DNA from: Eutreptiella sp. 'Long Island Sound 2002' | Taxonomy: Eukaryota; Protista; Euglenida | Length of the DNA: 64,000 nucleotides | Assembly: GCA_964036045.1 (NCBI GenBank) | Contig: OZ038379.1 | Location: 20,770,001-20,834,000, forward strand | Reading direction: 5' to 3' | Part shown: in pieces, positions 35,201 through 46,130 of the stretch | How positions within the stretch are numbered: position 1 is the first letter of the stretch | How the letters are laid out: each line of letters starts with the position of its first letter | Made by a program: the position numbers and the translations under genes | The notes under the pieces: generated by a model | Databases searched by the model: none | What the model saw: only the letters and a program-made list of their open reading frames with translations | Told to the model about the DNA's origin: nothing

Positions 35201-37747
35201 TACACCATCCCCTGTAGAGTGAAAACATGCAACACCATATTGGCAACCATCTTTGACTGGTGGTTGGTGAACACAGTAGGCGTTTGTCCCACAACTGACT
35301 CAAACAATGGCCTTTGTCCCACAACTGACTCAAACAATGGGTGCTTAGACTGCCCTAACGGCATGCGCGCTGCACTGGTGGTGACCCCCTACCCCTTGCT
35401 TGTTTGACAAATTGGATATTGTTTTCGTTGGATTATTTTGTGCATTTTTCCTCGGACAAGTCCTTGTGTATTCTTTTATCACAGTAGCAGACCTGTGTTG
35501 GTATTTGTTGAATGTGTGCTTCGGTCCAAGGCAATTGGTTCGGTTCACATCCTCCCATACGAATACTAGGGGTCAATAGGTTCCATGCCAAGAAAATCTG
35601 ACTTGCCAAATTGGAGAGAAAACATGGGGAAAATGGTGGGAAATGGGGGAAACCAGGAACAGGGGGGGGGGGGGGTGAATGGGGAAATTCGGGGAAACTG
35701 GGGGGGGGGGGGTTGAGGTGGTAATAACAGATGAGCGCCCCCATGAACTTACTCGGAAGCCCTCCCCGTACCCCTTTGTTGCGCCGTAGGGCCCAGCAGG
35801 GCGTTGGGTGAGTTCCGGCACTCAATAAACAGTGGTTCACACTTTGGGGCTGGACTGAAGTGCCTATTTCAGCTGGTGGGGCTAGTACACATTCTGCCGG
35901 TGCTGCGGTGTTGGGCTGGTGAGGAGGCTGGCGGTTGTGACATTGGCAGTACTTCCACTGTGTTGGGTGCAAGGTCAGCAGATGGTTGTGACGGTGGCTG
36001 TGCTAGTACGTCCCACCTCCCCCACCACACCATTCTTGGAGGTACCCTTGGTCACCTTGTGCTTGGCAAGAGCCAGAGCTATGAACCAAGGCTTGGAGTC
36101 ACATTGGCTGGCAGTGCCAAAAGAGGTTTTGATGCAAAAATTAGCTATTGCCTGCATAAATGACAAAAGATCGAGGGCTAGGCAACCAACAAGCAAACGG
36201 GGGGAAAGCATTCAAATTCTCTGTTTCCCACTTTCCCCCCCCATTTCCCCCCATCAGCCCCCCCGTTTTTCAAAACCAATTACGCGCCTTTTTCCATTTC
36301 CCCCAATTCTCGCATGTCAATGCCAAAAACTTCCCATTCGCCTTTCCAAACATTTGGAACCTATCGGCCGCTGGAATACATTAATGTACTGTTCAGTACA
36401 AGCACTCACACAAGGTTTGCACATGTAACTGGGGTAAAAGTGTCTGAAGTCATCATCAACGAACAGTATTCTCATCTTTCTGTTTGCATTGGTCGTCTGC
36501 AAGAAACTTGCACCTCCAAAACAACGTGTTTGTTGCACGTAACATGCACCATTGCTTTGTGCAAATGGTGCTTTCAGCACGACCTGAGCGACTACAATGC
36601 GTTGTTCTCTACAAAGGGTTGGCCCCAAATCGCCTCAAGGCCTCCTGCTGCCATCCCCCCCCTCTTGCAGCTTCTCCGAAACCTCCCATAGGCTGGGAGA
36701 TGCTAATCAGGGCGATTGCCTCGGTTGGCACTGTTCATTTCCAGGACATCAATCAATCTATGAGTGTATTTATCAGAGCACTCTCGGGTGTTCTGTCTCA
36801 CTTAATGAATGCACACCCACCCAGGGTTCGCTAGTGGGTAAATTTAGTGTGAGAGGTCTGCCTCTCCTTTGATCTCCATTAATTAACAATGGGACCCCCC
36901 CCTTCTGCTCAACAACAAGCCACACTCAACTTTGCCACAAGCAGTCCACTGTGTACCTTGAAGCGTTGTGTCTAGTAGTACGGGGGGGTGTTTGCCCGGC
37001 GCGCGCCCAGCGCGTGCCCGGCGTGCTACTTTTGTGTTAATTACCCAGGCATATCAACGGCAACAGTTACCTTGTAAACATGCAACGCATACTAATAATT
37101 CCATAGGTGAGCACACCATATGCCACCAATGGAACTAATGGGCATGGAGTCCTTGAAATGTGTCATCCAGAACAGGAAATGGGGACAATGGTTCAAAGGA
37201 TTCAACCTGTCAGCCCAGCAAATTTTTTGTACAACATGGTTAAGATATTTGTGAACACAAGCAACGCTTTGACGCCAAGCCGCCTCCGAACACCCTGAGT
37301 GCCCAACATGAAAGTAGCGGTTTCTGCGGGTGGGGATCCTCGGCCGGAAAGGGGCCAGTCCATATCCCCACCTGGAAAGGGGCCGAGCCATGTCCCCAAC
37401 CAGAAAGGGGCCATGCAAAAAGCGTGGATTAGGGCTCTGTGTCAAAAGTGGCCCAAAAAGATGCTCGGCGCGCGCCCAGGCGCTGACGCTCCCCCAACAG
37501 GACATCGCTACGGGGTTTTCCCACTGGCGTGACAAGTGACTTTCCTTGGAACGACACTGCTTGAATGGATTGGGAAGCCTTGGTGCACACGCAAGGCAAC
37601 TCCACCAAAAGACTGTTTCTTATTCCACTAACCAACACCATATGGAAATATGATGTTCTTGGTTGACACCGCCTACCTCCCTCTTCACCTCTGACGCCTC
37701 TTACAACGTTATCAGCCATCTGGTCCCGGGATATGCACAAGGGTATT

Positions 37748-37882
37748 TGGTAAAACTTAGTCCCGGATGAGGAAAAACTTAGTGAAATTTGGTAAACGTA
37801 GTAGAAACGGGGTAAAACTTAGTAAACAAATTTTTTACTTTTTGTTCACTAAGTGCTACCTCGTTTCTACTAAGTTTTACCC
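37748..37882. repeat. AT-rich palindromic repeat (ctaag/cttag family)
   Basis: gggtaaaacttagta (37810-37824) and tactaagttttaccc (37868-37882) form a perfect 15-bp inverted pair. Same motif family as 45176-45457. Confidence 0.65.
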
Positions 37883-38939
37883 AACGCCCCCCAGCCCCCG
37901 TTTTAACCAAGGCAGTCAACACTTCTATGGTAGGTGATACTTTGGTTTAAGGGCACAAGGCCCCCAAGTCGATCCCCGGCCACTTGTCTAAGTGGCGCCC
38001 CACCAAGGTCAAACCATCATGCACACCAATTAGTTGGCACTCGGCTGACAAAACAAAATATAAATGGGATCGGGCACTAGAAACAAAATCACTCCCTCGG
38101 TGTAATTATTGGTGCACATCCCAAACAGAGATTTTTCAATTCCCCTTGCAACTTGGTGCAAAATTCTCGGTCATTTCTCAATGGACCATCACCATTTTGG
38201 GGGTATTGAGGAGGCACCGCATACCACTTGCCACAGATCCACACACCGAGATGGGTGTTAACATTAGAAGCAGCAACAATAGCAAAAGCAACAGCGGCGG
38301 CAGCAAGGGTTGGCCGCCCAGAATTGGCGCCATCCAACACATATCTCCGGTTTGACACGAAATAGACGCATGCAAGGTACAATGAAGAACTTTACATTCG
38401 TGGCAGGCTATGTGAGGTGTGCCATCACAAGAAAAGCATGTGTCAACGGGTCCGCGGATTTGGGTTCGAGTACATCCGAGCCACCTCCCAATGCAATGCT
38501 ACGGTCCTAGGAGTGGAGGCCCACTTGGAACAACAAAAGCACAAAGTAGCTTCAGCCATTTCATGCAGCAACCACAATATATCATGGGCACTTGCAATAT
38601 GTCCTTGACAACGTGTCAAGACAAGGCGCAATGTCAAGAGATATGCCGGATAGCAATTGACATCATCAATCTGCCGGATGAAGGTGGAATGCAGGGGTGC
38701 AATTGTAGATGCAGGCTCAAGAGTCTTGACAGGGCCATGGCCAACATCACTGCGGCGGCACTGGGAACAAAATCAGGCTCAAGAAAAGAGTCCTGATAGG
38801 GCCACAACCAACATTAGTGCCAACTACTTACAAGTAGTTACAAAAGACACGCTTTAAAATCCAGTCGGCGTTGGTATCTATATAGCTCGGTTTGCCTTGC
38901 AAGGGCACCGAAAGCATCCAAAATCTTTGCCCACTTCTT

Positions 38940-39960
38940 CCGTTATTGTGGTTGAATGCCTTCTCGCTCGGCAATCAAATCCACAATAGCAAAGTCCTCC
39001 CAGTTTGCCCCAACAATATGTGGCCGGTCACATAGGGGGTCAAACTTAAGGCGGAGGTATTTGCGAGTTGGGGCAATGAACAACAAGTGGAGCACCCAAT
39101 GGAAACTACCCAAATTATAGACCTGCGCCACAATCAGGGGTGGTGCGAAAGACATATCAATGGACGACGCTTCCAAAGTGTGGTCTACCCACGATCCAAC
39201 CAACTACTGCCGGCGGTGTGCACAAACCAAGCCACACCCATTGTGTCCCAATGTCTAGGCATCCCACCAGTCCTACACCACAATCTGAGCACAGTCTGTG
39301 ACATAGCTCTCGGTGGTGAGGTCCTTGAAATGGCGCGCCTCAAACTGGCGGCGAACTAGCTTGTGACATGAAGTGGCTGCCCCAATCGTTGCCAAGCAAT
39401 GCCTCTACCTCTATGCGAAACGAGCCTTGGCTACCACTGACTGCTTTGCACACATCAGCCAAGATTTCTTCTGCACTAGGGCACCCAATACGAGATTTTG
39501 GGTGATCACTAGATGGCGCAGCGATAATGATTCTTGACGGAATGGGACTGGGTGGGACGGGGTCTAGTGGGGTACTCGATGCCTTGGCGACAAAGGCGCT
39601 GCTTCCATCCACATTTAGAAAGGGGATTGGGTGCAAGATGGTTTCAGCTTACACCTCCTTCTCCTACTTTTGTACCACCCATTTTACCTCATCCTTATCC
39701 TTGAACCGTCGGGCTAAGCACTCCACTCCGACCAAGCAATGGATGCACCCATCGCCGTAGATACACCACAAATATACAGCCCAATTGCATTGACCGCACA
39801 AAATGGTGGACGGTCAAGCGTATTGAATGCCACGAGGCCACGGGAGAGGCGTAGCAACGGGCCATACACCGACTCCCTCCCACTTTCCAGCCAATTTCAC
39901 GGAGGGGGGGGGGGGCTGGGTCTTGGGGGGGTCTGGGGCCAGCTGAAGGGGAGGGGGGCA
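38940..39960 (-). pseudogene. Second tyrosine-recombinase-like relic (C-terminal half) followed by a Pro-rich linker and a Cys/His cluster
   Basis: ASWHSIR (HxxR, about 39832-39818), then in a shifted frame LWCIYG...EC/YLARRFKDK (GRW.S...Y-like), then HHRELCHRLCSDCG. Confidence 0.45.
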
Positions 39961-40660
39961 CCCAGACCCCAACATATATGGCTTAAAATGACCCCCTCAT
40001 CGCGCTAAACAGCTTTGTGGTATGTATGTTGGCAAGAAAAATGGCAACAAGGGGGGGCATGGCACGGTCGGTGGTACTTGTGTTTAAGGGCATAGCACTC
40101 ACAAGTCGAGTCCCGGCCACTGTTGCCAACGGCGCCCCACCCAAGCCGCACCATGCTTGTTTTGAAGAAGGAGTTCATGTATGTTTTGAAAACCTTTCAA
40201 AGAGGGGGGGGGGAGGGTTTGCGAAATGCGCACTACGTTTTTTAAAACAAAAAATTCTCTCCGCGCACCACATGCCCACAACGTGCACACGCACTATGCC
40301 TGCACACCGGTTGCATATTGTGTGCACCAATGCGCCACATGCCCTTCATGGGGTTCTCCTCCTTGGGGTCTCAAAACATGGGTGATTGGAGTGGTGGAGT
40401 TGAGGAAGGCAAGGAAAGGGGCGCTTGTCCACCGCACGATCAAAGTAGTCATCATCGTCACTAGACGAACGGCTTGCCGGATGGGTTTTCTTCTTTTTGA
40501 CCTCGAGAAGTGCGTCGAGACGCTTCTTGTCTCTTGCTCGCTTCCCGGTGGACTTCAACGGCCGTGTCCGACAAACCCTGTCCGTAGTGGCCTCCGATTC
40601 AGAGGGTGGCAGGGTTGGAGTATGAGATGTTGTTGGTGGCATCGGTGGGGTTGTAGAGAA

Positions 40661-40703
40661 GGAGGAGGAGGAGGAGGAGGAGGAGGAGGAGGAGGAGGAG
40701 GAG
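40661..40703. repeat. (GGA)n microsatellite
   Basis: Directly visible. Confidence 0.95.
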
Positions 40704-40849
40704 CTGTTGCTGTTGGTAGAGGTGTTGGTGAAAGGTCTGATGGAAGGAGAAGGCATATCACTCGCCACTTTTTGCCTCTTTGACCCGCTCTTCGGGGCAC
40801 CAATGTTCCACCCGCGGATGAATGCTTCGTCCTCCTCAGTGACACGAAG

Positions 40850-41095
40850 GCTATGTGGAATCCCAACAAGGGGACAAAATAAGAATTGGCTGCCTCACCC
40901 TTGCCTTCGCAAGGGCCCGAAAGTGGGTGGAAATGCTACATAACCCGTGCATTCTTGGGGGTCCCCATCAAAGGAGACAAAATCAGAATTGGTTGCCTCA
41001 CCCTTGCCTTCTTGGGGGCCCGAAAGTGGGTGGAAATGCGACATAACCCCTGCATTCTCGGGGGTCCCCAACAAAGGGGACAAAATCAAAGCACA
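40850..41095 (+). repeat. Diverged units related to the 43575-46130 satellite
   Basis: Shares ggggacaaaatcagaa, gtggg(c/t)gga and ataacccctgc...gggggtcccca blocks. Confidence 0.7.
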
Positions 41096-41460
41096 AAAAA
41101 AAACAAAAAAATTTCCATTGTGTCCCTGATCCTGCCTAGGGTCCTGCATATTGCCCCCACTAGGGATTGAACCAATGACCTTTCAATTACAGAAGCGCTT
41201 CCTAGAGACCTACGTTAAAACCAATATGGTTAATTTTAATTTTTAATGTATGAAGGGGTGCAAAAATTAACCTTTCAAATATTAACACGTCAACCCAATT
41301 TTGGCACATTTGCCCCGCTTTGCTTGTGCGCGTACCATGCCCATTTGAAGTGTTTGGGTGGTCAAAGGGTGTCCAACGGGTTGCTACAGGGGTTGCATAG
41401 TCCTACGGGTGGTCATGTAGCCCCACACATCCCTCTCCGGCCCCCCCACTCACCCTACTC

Positions 41461-41485
41461 CCAACCTCCTTTTTCCCTTGTGTAG
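41461..41485 (+). promoter_or_regulatory. Polypyrimidine tract + AG acceptor 8 nt upstream of the transposase ATG
   Basis: ccaacctcctttttcccttgtgtAG|ctcttgttATG. Confidence 0.5.
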
Positions 41486-41493
41486 CTCTTGTT

Positions 41494-42928
41494 ATGCCTT
41501 TCTCTCGGGACACCCTTCTCGAGCTTAGTATGACGCTCACGCGTTTGAGTGGGGCCAAGAGTTTGCGGGACCCTTTGGTCTCCCAACTCCTTGGTGAGTG
41601 GGTGGCCTCATCCCCTTTGTCCAAGGCCCGGTGGTACGAGGCCACCGAGGTTGCCCAACTCCCCGTCATCCGCAACAAACAAATAGAGGCCGTGAAGCAA
41701 TATGCCTCCGTCCTCTTCCCCGCACCCGAATTGATCGGGTTACTTATGGACTTGAATGTCCCCAAGGGCGGCTTCCGGCATGTGTCGGAGTTCATGACCC
41801 GCCGGGAGGCCGCATACACCGCCGCAACGGGTCTCGCATTCCCCCGCCCCATCCCTTCACGTGACAGCTTCATGGACACATGGAAAGAGTTGGTCAGGCC
41901 GCTTGCGCTAGATCGACCCGTGTCCGTGGTGGATCCCCCCACAAGCGGCCGCTCTTGGCCGTTGCAATTGTGGGCCCGCTACATCCAATCGCGTCCACCC
42001 CTTCTGGACACCACTAATTGGAAGCGGCCGCTCACTTTCCTCCTCCATGGGGATGCCTACCCGTGCGCCGGTGGAAGTTGGACCCAACTTTCCATTGGGC
42101 TCCTCGACGACGGTGCATGGGGCCGAACACCCGCCTACGTATGGGTGATTGGTATGGCCGTATGCGGGGACAAGGACATGGCCGCGCTAGCAACAATATG
42201 GTCCAAGAACCTGCAGGTATTCGGTCGTTTTGTTCCGCTTTTGTTTTTGCGGTAATTTCTCGAGGTTAATACTTAATATTTCGCAAAATTAACGCAAACT
42301 GAAAAAATTATCTAATATCAACCTCGAAAAATGAATTGAAAAATTAATCCCCGTTTGTTCGTAGGTGGTGCAGTCCGTCCACGACTGCAAGAAGTTCTAC
42401 TGGGGCACCAAGTGGGTGCCCGCTGAGTTGGTCATCAGGGGTGACCAACCCTTCGTGAGGCGCCTCATTGGTGTCTCCACATCGCCCATGGTGGGCTCAA
42501 TTTACAATATGGGTGTGTGGGACAAGTTTGCGGCGGCGTGGGCGAAGGCGGACCTCCGCCGCACATTGGATGGGGGGGCAGTGGCCCGTGGCCGCTATCA
42601 GGAGACGGGCCTCAGCTTGGAGAATGGGGGATGCGTAGGAGACCCGCACGTTGTGGCAGAACGGTGCTTGGTCTTCCTATGCATCCTCCATTGTTGCATG
42701 GCCATGGGCCGCCTCCAAGTGGCCTTCATTGAGGCCCGACTCGGGGACCTTCCTAAGAACAACGCCCTGGTCGTGCAACGCGTGCTCTACTGGGCTTGTA
42801 CCGGCGTCCGGTTGGGGGCCTCGGCTTCGCCCGACGGAGAGGAGGCACGCGCGTTGTTCCTCACATGGGAGGAACTCGGGCCGCCGCTGCGTTTTGAAGG
42901 AACCCTTCGTATTCAAGTGCCACCATGA
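41494..42928 (+). CDS. RAG1/Transib-like DDE transposase (family 2), two exons join(41494..42216,42365..42928), apparently 3'-truncated
   Basis: Exon 1 has 241 codons ending ...KNLQ. A GT-AG intron at 42217-42364 is phase 0. Exon 2 begins VVQSVHDCKK. Motifs: LTFLLHGDAYP (D1), VIRGDQPFVRRLIG (D2), LCILHCCMAMG (LH) and PDGEEARALF. The H-x4-H and Glu motifs are absent after WEELGP. Confidence 0.75.
42217..42364 (+). other. 148-nt canonical GT-AG spliceosomal intron with an internal inverted repeat
   Basis: cag|GTattc...ccgtttgttcgtAG|gtg. Removing it fuses two ORFs in frame. The segment is AT-rich relative to the exons. The inverted repeat 42255-42271 / 42316-42332 matches at 15/17. Confidence 0.8.
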
Positions 42929-43574
42929 ATGGAAGCAAAGCACTGTACGTGTGATCAACACAGTACTTATATGGATGCTAGATACCAAACAAGGGACAAA
43001 CGAAGCCATACACATGGCGCCGTGGGAGTGGCTGCCTCTAGTAGCTGTACAACATTTTCAAGTAGCTGTAGTATATCGTGATGTCGCATAACATCGGTAA
43101 GACTCGTGCCCAACAATTGTTAGCCAACTAAAGTACACCATAAATGGCCTGGTGAAACCCAAAGGATGCGGAGATAGGCACATCCCTAATAGTTAAGCAG
43201 TACCATGGAGTAACCTCAAGGTCCTTGCTGCGAAGGTCCAACGGGCACCATACCTCCTCATAACCCATGTGTTCACGCACAAGGTGCTTTGTCGCGGCTG
43301 TAAAGGACATCCATGCATCCAGGACAATTGTATGCATGTCCTTCCCTTATTGTTAAGGGGCGTCTTATTTTGGCTATTTATCTCTCCATACCTACTACTA
43401 CCTACCGACCTACTACTGGCAGTAGAACACTTAAAGATAAGATAGCAGGGCTATACCGTCTTGTTTTCCAATATGCCCCAACCTTAGTTCGTCTTGGTAT
43501 TATGGTGCGCGATTGTTCGTGGTACCAACGAACACCCGGTGCCGGTGAAGTAGGAGCGTTGGGGACCCCCAAAA

Positions 43575-46130
43575 AGGTAGGGGTGACTCAGCAGACTGCC
43601 CACTCGTGGGCCACTTCTTTGTGGAGGGTCCCCGACGCTCCAAAGCGGGGGGCAAAATCAGAAGTGGCCCGCAAATGGCCGGATTGGCTACATCACCCCT
43701 GCCATTTGCGGGTTCCCCAATGTTTTAGAGCGAGGGCCAATATCAGAAGTGGCCCACAAATGGGTGGATGGGCTATGTCACCCCTGCCCTCTAAGGGGTG
43801 CGAAACGCTCCCAAGCAGAGGAGAGAATCGGCAGTGGCCCACAAGTGGACGGAATGGCCACATAACCCCTCCCATTGGGCGGGTCCCCAACGCCTGGGAG
43901 CGGGGGTCCGAATCAGTAGTGGCCCACAAGTGGGCAGATTGGCTACATCACCCCTAACATGTGGGGGATCCCAAACGGCTCGGAACGGAAGACAAAATCA
44001 GAAGCGGCCCTGCCGTATGGGGGGTCCAACACCTTAGAACGGGGGACACAATGAGAAGTGGGCCACAAAGGGCCGGATTGGTTGTGTCACCCCTGCCGTC
44101 CGCTGGGTCCCCAACGCCTCAGAGCACGCGACAATATTAGAAGTGGCCCACAAGTGGGTGGAATGGCTACATCACCCCTAAAATATGGGGTGTCACCAAC
44201 GCCTGTGAACGCGGGATAACAACAGAAGTGGCCCAGAAGTGGGTGGAATGGCTACATCACCCCTCCCCAACACTTCAAAGCGGGGGACAAAATCACAAGT
44301 GGCCCACAAGTGGGCGGATTGGTTACATAGCTCATGCCATCTAAGAGCTCCCCAACGCTACAGAGCGGGGGACAAAATCAAAAGTGGTCCACAAGTGGGC
44401 AGATTGGCTCTGTTACCCCTTCCGTCTGCAGGGTCCCCAACGCCTCCGAGCAGGGGACCAAATCAGAGCGGGGGGAAAAATCACAAGTGGCCCACAAGTG
44501 AGCAAAGTGGCTACGTCACCCCTGCCGTCTCGGGGATCCCCACCGCTTCAGAGCGGGGGGGGGAATCACAAGTGGCCCACAAGTGGGCAAAGTGGCTACG
44601 TCACCCCTGCCGTCTCGGGGATCCCCACCGCTTCAGAGCGGGGGGGGGGGATCACAAGTGGCCCACAAGTGGGCAAAGTGGCTATGTCACCCCTGCCGTC
44701 TCGGGGATCCCCACCGCTTCAGAGCGGGGGGGGGGGGGCATCAGAAGTGGCCCACTTGTGGGCAAAGTGGCTATGCCACCCCTGCCGTCTCGGGGATCCC
44801 CACCGCTTCAGAGCGGGGGGGGGGGGGGGATCACAAGTGGCCCACAAGTGGGCAAAGTGGCTACGTCACCCCTGCCGTCTCGGGGATCCCCACCGCTTCA
44901 GAGCGGGAGGCAAAATCAGAAGTGGCCCACTTGTGGGCAAAGTGGCTACGTCACCCCTACCGTATCGGGGATCCCCACCGCTTCAGAGCGGGGGGGGGGG
45001 GGGGAATCAGAAGTGGCCCACTTGCGGGCAAAGTGGCTATGCCACCCCTGCCGTCTCGGGGATCCCCACCGCTTCAAAGCGGGGGGGGGAAATCAGAAGT
45101 GGCCCACTTGTGGGCAAGGTGGCTACGTCACCCCTGCCATCTCGGGGATCGCCACCGCTGCAGAGCTTCGGTAAAAGTTCGGTAAATTTTTTTTCTACTA
45201 AGTTTTTTACTTAGTAAAAAAAAAATTTCTACTGAGTTTTTTACTTAGTAAAAAAAAAAAAATTTCTACTAAGTTTTTACTTAGTAAAAAAAAAATTTTC
45301 TACTCAGTTCTTTACTTAGTAAAAAAAAAATTTTTTACTAAGTTTCACAACTGAGTAGAAACCCCACTTACTGAGTAACAAATTGTTTTTTTACTAAGTT
45401 TTGAAACTGAGCAAAAAAGAAAATTTTAAAAAAAATTTACTCGGTTTTACCACGGACCCCACAAGTGGGCGATTAGTTACATAACTCGTGCCATCTCGGA
45501 GCTGCCCAACGCTGCAAAGCGGGCGACAAAATCAAAAGTGGGTGGGCACGTTGGGTCCGTCACCCCTGCCGTCTAGAGGGTCCCCAACGCTTGAAAGCGG
45601 GTGACAAAATCAAATGTGGCGCAAAGGTGGGCGGATTGGCTACATAACTCCTACCATCTGGGGGGGTCCCCACTGCTTCAAAGCGGGGGACCTAGTTAGT
45701 AGTGGCCCACAAGTGGGCGGGTTGGGTACATAACCCCTGCCTTTATAGGGGTCCCCAAGGCTCCAGGGCGGGGAACAAAATCAGCATTCGCCCACAAGTG
45801 GGCGGAGTGGCTCCGTCACCCCTACCATCTCAAGGGTCCCCAACGCTCCAAAGCGGGGGACAAAGTCATCAAAGGCCCACAAGTGGCCGGATTGGCTATG
45901 CCACCCTTGCCGTCTGCAGCTCCTGGCCGCTTCAAAGTGGGGCACAGAATCAAAAACGGCCCAGAAAAGGGCGGATTGGCCACATCACCCCTGCCGTCTC
46001 GGTGGAGCGGGGGAAGAAATCACAAGTGGCCAACAAGTGGGCAACGTGGCTAAATCACCCTTGCTGCCTGGGGGGGGGGGGGGGGCACCGCCTCAGAGCG
46101 GGGGACAAAACAAAAGGGGTCCACAAGTAA
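43575..46130 (+). repeat. G-rich tandem satellite, 85-91-bp unit, with a homogeneous core of about 8 units at 44490-45170
   Basis: The anchor atcccc occurs at 44536, 44621, 44707, 44796, 44886, 44971, 45062 and 45148. Length variation comes from a poly-G tract. There are no unique spacers. Confidence 0.95.
45176..45457. repeat. AT-rich palindromic block interrupting the satellite; second copy at 46128-46391
   Basis: Iterated (t)actaag-tttt(t)-acttagta-An units. Both blocks end in ttaccacggacc. Confidence 0.75.

Noticed and set aside
43575-46130. CRISPR array (regular, palindromic repeats)
   Set aside because: The units are contiguous near-identical repeats with no unique spacers, there are no cas genes, and the context is eukaryotic. 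The ORFs across the array are translation artefacts of the repeat.
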